Origin: an uncultured Eubacteriales bacterium
GTDB lineage: Bacteria; Bacillota; Clostridia; Oscillospirales; Oscillospiraceae
Direction: 5' to 3'
Assembly (NCBI GenBank): GCA_900552725.1
Contig: USAT01000001.1
Span: 1-61,407 of the forward strand
DNA length: 61,407 nt
Positions 1 to 9,397 of the stretch are shown here, one piece after another. The number at the start of each line of letters is the position of its first letter. Within the stretch, counting starts at the first letter, position 1. The position numbers were made by a program, and so were the translations under genes. The notes under the pieces were generated by a model. The model saw nothing but the letters and a program-made list of their open reading frames with translations, searched no databases and was not told the origin of the DNA.

Positions 1-20
1 GGGCGGCCTTTTTGCGGGCA

Positions 21-521
21 TCAAATGGTGGGCATCTCCATACCCAGGCGGCGGTACATGGTCTTTTTCACCGCTTTGAGAATGTTCTCATATCCGGTGC
101 AGCGGCACAGGTGACCGGAGAGCAGCTTGCGGAGCTCCTCGTCGGAATACAGCTTGCCGCTGTCCAGAATTTCCACAGCGGTCATCAGGAAGCCGGGGGT
201 GCAGAAACCGCACTGGATGGGGGACTCCTCCATAAAGGCCTGCTGGATGTCGCTGGGCTCACCGTCGGGGCTGAGCAAGCCCTCCAGTGTGCGGATGTGC
301 TTGCCGTCGGCCCACACGGCCAGATAGATGCAGGAGTTGAACGTCTCGCCGTCGATGAGGACGGTGCAGGCACCGCACTCGCCTACCTCGCAGCCCTTTT
401 TCACGGAGGTCAGGTGATAGTCATTGCGGAGCATATCGGTCAGGCTGGCGCGAACGTCCACCATCTTCTCTACGTCCTTGCCGTTGATATTGCAGCGGAT
501 CAGCTTATACTGCTTGCTCAT
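21..521 (-). CDS. xdhC: Xanthine dehydrogenase family 2Fe-2S subunit
   Basis: KKGCEVGECGACTV and QCGFCTPG...CRCTGY 2Fe-2S motifs; overlaps the FAD subunit gene. Confidence 0.92.
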   Translation of the reverse strand: MSKQYKLIRCNINGKDVEKMVDVRASLTDMLRNDYHLTSVKKGCEVGECGACTVLIDGETFNSCIYLAVWADGKHIRTLEGLLSPDGEPSDIQQAFMEESPIQCGFCTPGFLMTAVEILDSGKLYSDEELRKLLSGHLCRCTGYENILKAVKKTMYRRLGMEMPTI

Positions 522-1408
522 GCCAGCTCACCTCCTGCCAGCTCAATGGATTTTACGAGACAGCGCTTGGCGATCTCCACGGCGATGTGCTGCCGGAAGG
601 CCTTGCTGGCGCGCCAGCTGTCACGGGGGTTGATATCGTCCAGGATGGCGTGGGCAAAAGTCTCCACCGTCTCCTCGGTCAGGGGCTTGCCCTGGGCTGC
701 CGCTTCAGCGCTGGCACACCGCAGGGGCACGGGGCCGGCTACGCCGTAGGCGATGCGGGCACGCTCAATGATCTTCTTGTCCTCACTGAGCCGGACGTTG
801 ACGCTGCACCCCAGGGTGGCGATGTCCATGGCGTTCCGCATGGCGTACTTGATGTAGTGGCCATAGCAGCGGTCATAGCTCTCCTTGGGGATAAGGATGG
901 CGGTCTGAATTTCGCCGTCCTCTGCGCGGATGTCCACCTTGCCGGCCTTGATATAGAACTCATGGATGGGCAGGCGGCGGACGCCGTTTTTACCGGTCAG
1001 CTCCACGATGGCATCCCATGCGTGGAGGGTGGAGGAGGAGTCGGCGGAGGTCACGCCGTTGCAGGTGTTGCCGCCGATGGTGCCGATGTTGCGGATCTGG
1101 GGGCCGCCCACCATATCCACGGCCTCACCCAGCACGTTGATATACTGCTGGATGATGGGGTCGCGGGTAATGTGGGAGAAGCTGGTCAGACTGCCGATGC
1201 GGATGTTCTCGTCGGCGTCAATGGTGATGCCGCGCAGCTCGTCCAGCCCGTAGATGGAGATCAGCTCCGCACCGGCGCGCTTGCCCTCGCGCATCTGCAC
1301 CAGTACGTCGCTGCCGCCGGCGATGATCTGGGCTTCCGGATGCTCCAGACGGAGGGCCACCGCGTTTTCCACGCTGGAGGCCTCGTATAAGGCTTTCATA
1401 TCATACAT
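518..1408 (-). CDS. xdhB: Xanthine dehydrogenase FAD-binding subunit
   Basis: AGGSD and QIRNIGTIGGN FAD motifs; C-terminal DSWRAS..FR. Confidence 0.92.
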   Translation of the reverse strand: MYDMKALYEASSVENAVALRLEHPEAQIIAGGSDVLVQMREGKRAGAELISIYGLDELRGITIDADENIRIGSLTSFSHITRDPIIQQYINVLGEAVDMVGGPQIRNIGTIGGNTCNGVTSADSSSTLHAWDAIVELTGKNGVRRLPIHEFYIKAGKVDIRAEDGEIQTAILIPKESYDRCYGHYIKYAMRNAMDIATLGCSVNVRLSEDKKIIERARIAYGVAGPVPLRCASAEAAAQGKPLTEETVETFAHAILDDINPRDSWRASKAFRQHIAVEIAKRCLVKSIELAGGELA

Positions 1409-1411
1409 GGC

Positions 1412-3730
1412 TTAGTTGCCCTCCTTTTCATTCCAGCTGTCGTGGATCAGGCCCGCCTTGCTGAACTCGGCGAACAGCACGTGGGGCGTGATGGGTGTGC
1501 AGTCGATGGCCACGCCGGTGGCGTTGAGAATGGCGTTGCGGATGGCCGGTGCGCCGGAGCAGGCCGGCGGCTCACCCAGAGCCTTGGTGCCGAAGGGGGA
1601 GGTGGGCTCGGGATTCTCCACGAACTGCGCCTCCAGATGGGGGTGATCCATAAAGGTGGACAGCTTGTAGTCCAGCAGATTGTTGTTCAGGGGCTTGCCG
1701 GTCTTTTCATCGAACAGCAGCTGCTCGCTCATACCGTAGCCGATGGCCATGGACATACCGCCGTGGACCTGGGCCTCCGCCAGGGCGGGATTGATAAGAC
1801 TGCCGCAGTCGTGAACGTTGATGATCTTGTTCAGCTTGACCTTGCACAGGGCGATGTCTACCTCCACATCGGCGAAGGTGCAGCCGAAGGAGTAGGCGTT
1901 GTTGCGGATGGTGTAGGTGGATTCGGCGGTGATATGCTCGCTGTCCGCCGCGTTGTACTGGGCGGTCATGGCCAGTTCACTCAGGCTCATGAGCACCGCG
2001 CCGTCCTGCTTGCGGACGATATTGCCGTCCACGATGTCCATATTGTCTACGGCCTGGCGGGTCAGCTTGGTGGCGTAGGCCAGGATCTTCTGCCGCAGCA
2101 GGGTGGCGGTCTGCCGGATGGAGAAGCCGGCTACATAGGTCTGGCGGCTGGCGTAAGCGCCCAGGCCGGTGGGCGTGATATCCGTATCCTGGCAGGAGAC
2201 CACGCGGACGTCCCGGTAGCTCTTCAGGCCCACGGCCTCGGCGGTCATCTGGGCGTAAGCGGTATCAGCGCCCTGGCCGATCTCCGTCTCGCCGCACTGC
2301 ATGGTGACGGTGCCGTCCAAATTCAGCAGCATACGGTTGCTGGAGGTCTCCAGCGAGATGGGATAGACGGCGGTGTTGTACCAGAACGCCGCCACGCCGA
2401 TACCCCGGCGAATGTTGCCGGTATCCTTGGCGTACTCGGCCTTCTTTTTGTCGTACTCTATGTATTCCTTGCCCTTTTCCAGACAGTCGCGGAAGGAGTC
2501 GTAGTAGTTGGTGTTGCCGGAGAAGCCGTCGTGGAAGCCCTTGGGCATGATGTACTTCATGCGGTACTCCAGCGGATCCATGCCAACAGCCTTGGCGCAC
2601 TCGTCAATGTTGGCATCGTCGGCAAAGGAGGCCTGAGGCATGCCGTAGCCGCGCATGGCGCCGGCCACCGGGCGGTTGGTGTATACCGTCCAGGCGTCGC
2701 CCTCGAAGTTGTCGCAGGGATAGATCTGCGGGAAGGAGCCCATGGCCTTGGCCACGATGGAGTGGCCGTGGGAGGCGTAAGCGCCCTGGTTGGAGAAGCA
2801 CTCCACCTTGCGGGCGGCGAAGGTGCCGTCCTTCCGCAGCCAGGAGACGATATGGAAGCGGATGGCGTGGCGCACGCGGTTGGAGACGAAGGTCTCCTCG
2901 CGGGAGCAGTCGATCCGGACGGTTCGGCCGCCCACCTGGGTGGTGCACCAGGCGCACAGAGGCTCGTACAGGGCGTCCTGCTTGTTGCCGAAGCCGCCGC
3001 CGATATAGGGCTTTACCACCCGGATATCCGCCCAGGGGCGGCCCAGGGCCTGTCCCACAATACGTCGGATGATGTGGGGGATCTGGGTGGAGGAGATCAC
3101 CACGATGCGGCCGTTCTCCTCATAGGCGAAGCAGCCGTGATTCTCGATATGGCAGTGCTGCACGGTGGGGGTGTCGTACCAGCCCTCCACCTTGATAAGG
3201 CCCGGCTCCTGGATGGCAGCCTGATAGTCGCCCTTCTTCATGTCGGTGTGCTTGAGGATGTTGTGGGGGAACTTCTCATGGAGCTGGGGCGCACCCTCCT
3301 CCATAGCCTTCTGCACGTCCAGCACGAAGGGCAGCTCCTCATATTCCACCTTCAGGGCGCGGACGCCCTGCATGGCGGCCACCTCATTCTCGGCGATGAC
3401 CACCGCCACATCGTCGCCCCAATAGCGCACATGGCGGTTCAGCAGGTGGCGGTCCGCCACGTCCTGATGGCCGGGATCCATGGACCAGGGATGGCCCGCC
3501 GTGGGGAAGGTGATATCCGGCACGTCAAAGCAGGTCAGCACCTTCACCACGCCGTCGATGGCCTCGGCGGCGGCGGTATCCACCGACTTGACGAAGCCGT
3601 GGGCGATCTCCGCGTGCTTGATGCGGACGTACAGGGCGTCCTGGGGCATCTGATCCTCATAGTATTTCGTCCGGCCTGTCGCCTTGTCATAGGCGTCCAC
3701 ACGGACTTGGCTTCTTCCGACTTCACCCAT
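1412..3730 (-). CDS. xdhA: Xanthine dehydrogenase molybdopterin-binding subunit
   Basis: GGGFGNK, AMRGYG, GQGADT, YASRQT and KALGEPP motifs; RBS GAGGAGG. Confidence 0.92.
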   Translation of the reverse strand: MGEVGRSQVRVDAYDKATGRTKYYEDQMPQDALYVRIKHAEIAHGFVKSVDTAAAEAIDGVVKVLTCFDVPDITFPTAGHPWSMDPGHQDVADRHLLNRHVRYWGDDVAVVIAENEVAAMQGVRALKVEYEELPFVLDVQKAMEEGAPQLHEKFPHNILKHTDMKKGDYQAAIQEPGLIKVEGWYDTPTVQHCHIENHGCFAYEENGRIVVISSTQIPHIIRRIVGQALGRPWADIRVVKPYIGGGFGNKQDALYEPLCAWCTTQVGGRTVRIDCSREETFVSNRVRHAIRFHIVSWLRKDGTFAARKVECFSNQGAYASHGHSIVAKAMGSFPQIYPCDNFEGDAWTVYTNRPVAGAMRGYGMPQASFADDANIDECAKAVGMDPLEYRMKYIMPKGFHDGFSGNTNYYDSFRDCLEKGKEYIEYDKKKAEYAKDTGNIRRGIGVAAFWYNTAVYPISLETSSNRMLLNLDGTVTMQCGETEIGQGADTAYAQMTAEAVGLKSYRDVRVVSCQDTDITPTGLGAYASRQTYVAGFSIRQTATLLRQKILAYATKLTRQAVDNMDIVDGNIVRKQDGAVLMSLSELAMTAQYNAADSEHITAESTYTIRNNAYSFGCTFADVEVDIALCKVKLNKIINVHDCGSLINPALAEAQVHGGMSMAIGYGMSEQLLFDEKTGKPLNNNLLDYKLSTFMDHPHLEAQFVENPEPTSPFGTKALGEPPACSGAPAIRNAILNATGVAIDCTPITPHVLFAEFSKAGLIHDSWNEKEGN

Positions 3731-3964
3731 ATGGTTTTCCTCCTCGATATCTGACTTGAAACCGCACTCTGTGAAAAGGAGAAACGGCAGTTATCTGCGT
3801 TGGTTATGGCACATATTCATTGTGCTGATCATAGCACGATTTGCGTAGCGTGAAAAGAGGTCTGCGTTATTTTAATTGAAGAATATCCCCACTTTTTGTT
3901 GACACTTTTTCAAAAAGCTGGGTATACTACCAGAAAAGGAACCTTACAAGGACAGGAGTGAGGC

Positions 3965-4531
3965 ATGATGAACATTGGCTGCGTTGTAATGGCCGCCGGT
4001 ATGAGCTCCCGCTTCGGCGGCAACAAGCTGGCCCAGCAGTGGCAGGGCAAAAGCCTGATCCGCCACGCGCTGGAGGCCGTCCCGGCGGACAAGCTGTCCG
4101 CCACCGTGGTGGTGACCCAATATCCGGAGGTGGTGGCGCTGGCGAAGGAGTTCGGTTTTACCCCCATCGTCAACAGCCATCCCGAGTATGGCCAGAGCCA
4201 CACCATCCACCTGGGCGTCCGGGCGCTGGAGCGCTGCGACGCGCTGCTCTTTCAGGTGGCCGATCAGCCGCTGCTGCGGCGGGAGAGCGTGGCCCGTCTG
4301 ATCGACTTCTACGGCCGCAATCCCGGCCACATCGTGGGCCTCGGCCACGGCGGGCAGCGGGGCAACCCCTGCATCTTCCCGGCCCGGTTCTTCCCGGAGC
4401 TGTTGAAGGTCGAGGGCGACCGGGGCGGCAACGTGGTCATCCGGCAGCATGAATCCGACCTCCTGCTGTACGAGGTGCCCGCCGATGAGCTGCGGGATGT
4501 GGACACCCAGGAAGCGCTGGCGCAGCTTTAA
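3965..4531 (+). CDS. mocA: Molybdenum cofactor cytidylyltransferase (MocA/MobA-like NTP transferase)
   Basis: MAAGMSSRFGGNKL, ADQP, GNP, GDRGG and DVDT motifs; lies between two XDH loci. Confidence 0.8.
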   Translation: MMNIGCVVMAAGMSSRFGGNKLAQQWQGKSLIRHALEAVPADKLSATVVVTQYPEVVALAKEFGFTPIVNSHPEYGQSHTIHLGVRALERCDALLFQVADQPLLRRESVARLIDFYGRNPGHIVGLGHGGQRGNPCIFPARFFPELLKVEGDRGGNVVIRQHESDLLLYEVPADELRDVDTQEALAQL

Positions 4532-4546
4532 GAATATATCCTTTGT

Positions 4547-4575
4547 GAGCCGTGACGGCACCGCCGTCACGGCTC
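4547..4575. terminator. 13-bp stem hairpin between convergent genes
   Basis: GAGCCGTGACGGC-ACC-GCCGTCACGGCTC; U-tracts are weak. Confidence 0.55.
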
Positions 4576-4581
4576 CCTTGC

Positions 4582-7173
4582 TCACTTCTTGGGGGGGGAG
4601 GGGGGGTTCTTCAGGGGCAGGTCAAACTCCCGCTCACCGGTCAGCCGGTAATAGGCGTCGGCGATGGCCGGCGCGGTGGGGATAGAGGTGATCTCACCGA
4701 TGCCGATGGCGCCGCCGGCCACGTTCAGGCCTGGCTTCTCCACCACGATGGCCTGGATCTCCGGCGGGATCTGGTTGGCCCGGAACAGGCCCAGCATGCC
4801 GTACTTGGCGGTGGGCTTGCAGTTCTCGTCGATGGGGTACTTCTCCGTCAGGGCGTATCCCATGGACATGACCACGCCGCCCTCGATCTGCCCCTCAATG
4901 CTGAGGGGATTGATGGCCTTGCCCACGTCGTGGGCGGCCACCATCTTCTTCACCCGGCCCGTCTCCTTGTCCAGAATGCACATCTGGGTGGCGTAGCCGT
5001 AGGCCACATGGCTGACGGGGTTGGGCACGTCCGCGCCCAGGGGATCGGTCTTGGCCAGATATTCGCCGTAGAACTCCTTGCCCTTCAGGTCGCAGAGCGT
5101 CTTGCCGCTGTCCAGCTCGGCCTTCAGCAGCTCACAGGCGCGGCGGGTGGCCTCACCTGTCACCAGCGTCTGGCGAGAGCCGGAGGTGTCGCCGGAGTCC
5201 GGCGCGATCCAGGTATTGCTGCGCTCGTAGACGATGTCATCCCGCTTCAGGCCGGTATTGGTGACCACCACCTGCACCAGCACAGTGCCCAGGCCCTGGC
5301 CGATGCAGGAGGCGCCGGAGTAGATATGCACCTTGGCGTCATCCTCCACGATCAGCTTGCAGCGGCCCCAGTCCGGCAGGCCCACGCCAACGCCCGCGTT
5401 CTTCATGGCGCAGGCGATTCCCACGGGATCGCCGTTTCTCACTGCCTCGTCATAGGCGGGCTTGATGGCCTCCAGCGTCTCTACCAGGCCGGTGGAATCG
5501 TCCACGATCTGGCCGTTGGGCAGCACGCCGCCGGGACGGATGGCGTTGCGGTAGCGGATCTCCCAGGGAGAGATGCCCACCAGGTCGGCCATCTGGTTCA
5601 GCAGCGTCTCGGTGCAGAAGCAGGTCTGCGTCACACCGAAGCCGCGGAACGCACCGGCCGGGGGATTGTTGGTGTAGTAAGCATGGCCCTCGATCTCGAA
5701 ATTCTCATAGGCGTAGGGGCCCGCCGCATGGGTGCAGGCGCGCTCCAGCACCGGGCCGCCCAGAGAGGCGAACGCGCCGGTATCGGACACCACAGAGGCC
5801 TTGACGCCCTGGATGATGCCGTTTTCGTCGCAGCCCATGGTGAAGTTCATGTCAAAGCTGTGGCGCTTGGGGTGCACCAGAATAGACTCCTGGCGGCTCA
5901 GCTTGAACTTGACGGGCTTCCGGGTCAGGTAGCACAGCAGCGCGGCGTGGTGCTGGACGGACATATCCTCCTTGCCGCCGAAGCCGCCGCCCACCAGCAT
6001 ATTCTGCACCTGGCAGTGCTCGTAATCCACGCCCAGCATACCGGCACACTCGTGCATGGTGGTATGGGCGCTCTGGTCGGTGGTCAGCAGGCGCACGCCG
6101 CCGTTGTCCAGCGGCAGCGCCACGCAGCACTCCGGCTCCAGGAACGCGTGCTCCGTCCAGGGGGTGGAAAAATGCTCGGTCAGCACATATTTGGAATTTT
6201 TGATGGCGGTCTCGGCGTCGCCCCGGGAGACGTGCTTATAGGCCTGCACATTGCTCTCGTCCCCCTCGAACACCAGCGGCGCGTCGGGCGCGGCGGCCTC
6301 GGTGGGATTGTGGACGGCGGGCAGCACCTCATACTCCACCTTCACCAGCTTCTTGGCGGCCTCTACCGTAGCCTGATCCACGGCGCAGACCAAGGCCACG
6401 CTGTCGCCCAGATAGTGGGTCAGCTCGCCCACGCCGATGAGGGTGGGCTGATCCTTCTTGATATGGCCCACGTTCACCTTGCCGGGGATGTCCTTCTGGG
6501 TGGCCACGCAGATCACGCCGGGCAGGGCTTCCGCCTCGGCGGTGTCGATGGACAGCACCCGGGCGCGGGCATACTGGCTGCGCACCGCGCCGCCGTAGCA
6601 CATGCCGTCCACATACACATCGTCGGGGTACTGGCCGTAGCCCTGTACCTTCTCGGCCACGTCCAGCCGGTGGACACGGCTGCCCATCTGCCAGTCGTCG
6701 GCGGATGCCTCGGGCAGCTTGCCCTCCCGGAAGATCCTGGCCGCCAGCAGGATGCCGTCGATGATCTTCACATAGCCGGTGCAGCGGCAGATGTTGTTGC
6801 GGATGGCAAAGGCGGCCTCCTCCCGGGTGGGGTCGGGATTCACGTCCAGCAGCCCCTTGGCGGAGATCACCATGCCGGGGATGCAGAAGCCGCACTGCAC
6901 CGCGCCCGCCTCGCCGAAGGCGAAGGTATAGACCTCCTTTTCCCAGTCGCTGAGACCCTCCACCGTGAGGATGGTCTTGCCCTCCAGCTTGTCCGTCTGG
7001 GGAATGCAGGCCTTGGTGGGCTTGCCGTCGATGAGAACGTGGCAGGTGCCGCAGGCGCCCTCGCTGCAGCCGTCCTTCACCGAGGTCAGGTGCAGCTCGT
7101 CCCGCAGGAAGCGGATCAGCTTCTGATTCTTCTCCACCGTTACGGTGCTGCCGTTTACGATAAATGTTGCCAT
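4582..7173 (-). CDS. xdh: Single-chain molybdenum hydroxylase, selenium-dependent xanthine dehydrogenase-like (2Fe-2S plus Mo-binding domains)
   Basis: MATFIVNG start after RBS GGAAGGAG; KDGCSEGACGTC, QCGFCIPG, GGGFGGKED, AFRGFG, SGSRQT and GIGEI motifs. Confidence 0.85.
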   Translation of the reverse strand: MATFIVNGSTVTVEKNQKLIRFLRDELHLTSVKDGCSEGACGTCHVLIDGKPTKACIPQTDKLEGKTILTVEGLSDWEKEVYTFAFGEAGAVQCGFCIPGMVISAKGLLDVNPDPTREEAAFAIRNNICRCTGYVKIIDGILLAARIFREGKLPEASADDWQMGSRVHRLDVAEKVQGYGQYPDDVYVDGMCYGGAVRSQYARARVLSIDTAEAEALPGVICVATQKDIPGKVNVGHIKKDQPTLIGVGELTHYLGDSVALVCAVDQATVEAAKKLVKVEYEVLPAVHNPTEAAAPDAPLVFEGDESNVQAYKHVSRGDAETAIKNSKYVLTEHFSTPWTEHAFLEPECCVALPLDNGGVRLLTTDQSAHTTMHECAGMLGVDYEHCQVQNMLVGGGFGGKEDMSVQHHAALLCYLTRKPVKFKLSRQESILVHPKRHSFDMNFTMGCDENGIIQGVKASVVSDTGAFASLGGPVLERACTHAAGPYAYENFEIEGHAYYTNNPPAGAFRGFGVTQTCFCTETLLNQMADLVGISPWEIRYRNAIRPGGVLPNGQIVDDSTGLVETLEAIKPAYDEAVRNGDPVGIACAMKNAGVGVGLPDWGRCKLIVEDDAKVHIYSGASCIGQGLGTVLVQVVVTNTGLKRDDIVYERSNTWIAPDSGDTSGSRQTLVTGEATRRACELLKAELDSGKTLCDLKGKEFYGEYLAKTDPLGADVPNPVSHVAYGYATQMCILDKETGRVKKMVAAHDVGKAINPLSIEGQIEGGVVMSMGYALTEKYPIDENCKPTAKYGMLGLFRANQIPPEIQAIVVEKPGLNVAGGAIGIGEITSIPTAPAIADAYYRLTGEREFDLPLKNPPSPPKK

Positions 7174-7242
7174 ACAATGCGCTCCTTCCCGCCGCCCCGG
7201 GGCGGTCAAAGGTGTGTGATGTGGTTTTACCTAAATTTTTTT

Positions 7243-8190
7243 CTATATTATACAATAATTTTCAGTTTTCCGCAAGGCACATCCGTAAAAAACGTTATTC
7301 TTCTTTTCAGATAACGCCTTCCCATCCCGGTAGGGCAGATAGGCCAGGAACCGACTGGCGGCAGGGGCCAGTTCCTCCCCCGGACGCGTAGCCAGGCCGA
7401 TGCGGCGGAAGGCAGGCCAGTCCAGCGGACGCAGCGCCACCCGGTAGGGGATGCGCCGCAGCACCAGTTGCGGCAGGATGCTGACGCCCAGGCCGTGCTC
7501 CACCATGGACATGACGGCGCAGTCATCCAGTGTGGTGAAGCGCACCCGAGGCGCTGTCCCGGCCTGTTCAAACACCTGCATCACCTCCCGGTCCCGGTTG
7601 CCCGCCTTGTCCAGCAGGATGAAGGGCTGCTCCGCCAGGGCCGCCACCGGAACTTTTTCCAGCCGCGCCAGAGGGTGCTCCTCCGGCAGCACCACCATCA
7701 GCTCGTCCCGGGCCAGCTCCGTGACCGCCAGCTCCGGCCGGGTGGGCAGATGGAGAAAGCCGAAATCCGCCCGGCCCTGCAATATCCACTGCTCGATCTC
7801 GGGATAGTCCCCCATGAGGATCTCAAAGTCGATATTGGGATAGTCCCGCTGAAAGGCGCAGATCATGTTGGGCAGCCAGTGGGTGGCCACGCTGGAAAAG
7901 GTGCCGATGGCCACCGTGCCGGACATGACGCCCCGCAGCTCACCCGCCATCTGGCGGCACTGCTCCGCCTGGGCCACCATCTCCCGCAGCGACGGCAGCA
8001 GACGCAGGCACTCGTTGGTGGGGACCACCCCTTCCCTGCTCCGGCGCAGCAGGGGAAAGCCGATCTCGCTCTCCAGCGCCGCCATCATGCGGCTGACGCC
8101 GGAGATGGTGTAGCCCATGGTCTCCGCCGCCGCAGTGATGGAGCCCTTGTCGATGGCGCACAGCAGCACGCGGCATTTCTCGCTCTCCAT
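7243..8190 (-). CDS. LysR family transcriptional regulator
   Basis: GSITAAAETMGYTISGVSRMMAALESEIGFPLL HTH and LysR substrate domain. Confidence 0.9.
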   Translation of the reverse strand: MESEKCRVLLCAIDKGSITAAAETMGYTISGVSRMMAALESEIGFPLLRRSREGVVPTNECLRLLPSLREMVAQAEQCRQMAGELRGVMSGTVAIGTFSSVATHWLPNMICAFQRDYPNIDFEILMGDYPEIEQWILQGRADFGFLHLPTRPELAVTELARDELMVVLPEEHPLARLEKVPVAALAEQPFILLDKAGNRDREVMQVFEQAGTAPRVRFTTLDDCAVMSMVEHGLGVSILPQLVLRRIPYRVALRPLDWPAFRRIGLATRPGEELAPAASRFLAYLPYRDGKALSEKKNNVFYGCALRKTENYCII

Positions 8191-8204
8191 ATCCGCCCTC
8201 CTAT

Positions 8205-8223
8205 ATTTGACAAATCGTCAAAT
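8205..8223. promoter_or_regulatory. Putative LysR operator (inverted repeat)
   Basis: ATTTGAC-AAATC-GTCAAAT between divergent LysR and EamA genes. Confidence 0.55.
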
Positions 8224-8359
8224 CACATTTGAAATATTCTCGCTTTACTCAAGGATACGATGGATGTAGAATTTTGTCAACCACCAAAAAGTGGCGCAGC
8301 GGCGGCAACCTTTTTCTCTCCTCCGCTGCGTCGCTTTTTCACGCGCAGGAGGCACTATT

Positions 8360-9250
8360 ATGACCCAGAACCGCCGTCTTTTCTTCCGTTTTCTCACCGG
8401 TCTGCTGCTGTTCGGCTTCAACGGCATCGTGGCCAGCCATATCGCCCTGGAGAGCGGCCAGATCGTGCTGCTGCGGACGCTGCTGGGCAGCGTGAGCCTG
8501 CTGGCGTTCTTCTTTCTCTCCGGCCACCGGTTCTCCTTTGCCGGGCGCGGGCGGGACGTGACGCTGATCCTGCTGTCCGGCGCGGCCATGGGCGCAAGCT
8601 GGATGTTCCTGTACGCGGGATACCGCACCATCGGCGTGTCCACCGCCTCCCTGCTCTACTACTGCTGTCCGGTGATCGTGATGGCCCTGTCGCCGCTGGT
8701 GTTTCACGAGGCGCTGACCCGGGTGAAGATCACGGGCTTCCTGTGCGTCTGCGGCGGCATCGTACTGGTGAACGGCTGGGGCGGCGGAAGTCTCAGCGTC
8801 ACCGGCTTCCTGTACGGCATCCTCAGCGCCGTGTGCTACGCCGCCATGCTGATCCTCAACAAAAAAGCCCGCAGCGTGGACGGCATGGAGAACTCCCTGC
8901 TGCAAATGCTGTCGGCCGCCGCCGCGGTGTTCGTGCTGCTGCTGTGCAAGGGCGGCCTTGCCATGTCCGTCCCCGGCGTGAGCTGGCCGTGGATCCTGCT
9001 GCTGGGCATCGTCAACACCGGCTTCGGCTGCTGGTGCTACTTCTCCGCCCTGGGCGCGCTCCCCGTTCAGACGGTGGCGGTGTGCGGCTATCTGGAGCCC
9101 CTGAGCGCCGTCATCTTCTCGGCCCTGCTGCTGCACGAACGGCTGACGCCGCTGCAGATCACCGGGGCGTGTCTCATCATCGGCGGTGCGCTGTTCGCCG
9201 AATGTGTCCATCCCCATCGGAAGGCCCAGCCTCCCCGGCAGGCTGCATAG
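8360..9250 (+). CDS. DMT/EamA family transporter
   Basis: About 10 hydrophobic segments in two EamA-like halves (YLEPLSAV..LLLHERL); RBS AGGAGG. Confidence 0.85.
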   Translation: MTQNRRLFFRFLTGLLLFGFNGIVASHIALESGQIVLLRTLLGSVSLLAFFFLSGHRFSFAGRGRDVTLILLSGAAMGASWMFLYAGYRTIGVSTASLLYYCCPVIVMALSPLVFHEALTRVKITGFLCVCGGIVLVNGWGGGSLSVTGFLYGILSAVCYAAMLILNKKARSVDGMENSLLQMLSAAAAVFVLLLCKGGLAMSVPGVSWPWILLLGIVNTGFGCWCYFSALGALPVQTVAVCGYLEPLSAVIFSALLLHERLTPLQITGACLIIGGALFAECVHPHRKAQPPRQAA

Positions 9251-9274
9251 CAAACGACGCCTGCTTCGTTGCAC

Positions 9275-9352
9275 GCGGCGGGGTGTAGTCACCCCGCCCT
9301 ACGCAGCATCACCGATAGCCCTTCGTAGGGCGGCATGACCACATGCCGCCGC
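9275..9352. repeat. Inverted pair of GTAG-type REP-like palindromes
   Basis: Minus strand GTAGGGCGGGGTG-ACTA-CACCCCGCCGC (9275-9302) and plus strand GTAGGGCGGCATG-ACCA-CATGCCGCCGC (9325-9352). Confidence 0.75.
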
Positions 9353-9356
9353 ATCA

Positions 9357-9397
9357 TAAAAAACAAGTGCGTGCCTTGCGGCACGCACTCACTTTTT
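9357..9397. terminator. Bidirectional intrinsic terminator
   Basis: A-tract, AGTGCGTGCC-TTGC-GGCACGCACT, T-tract between convergent genes. Confidence 0.75.

Noticed and set aside
3731..3964. Purine/Moco riboswitch or sigma54 promoter upstream of xdhA
   Set aside because: No recognisable aptamer core; TGGCAC lacks a correctly spaced TTGC; only an imperfect palindrome at about 3819-3840
4582..7173. Selenocysteine recoding in xdh genes
   Set aside because: ORFs are open with no in-frame TGA
7243..7310. LysR C-terminal tail running into the AT-rich xdh promoter
   Set aside because: Probably a drifted stop codon; nothing supports a function
1442..7314. Very long antisense ORFs (770 and 920 aa here; also 34128-36497, 38287-40512, 46511-49324, 52773-54770)
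   Set aside because: Shadow ORFs opposite well-supported genes, expected with high GC3 codon bias; no motifs or RBS
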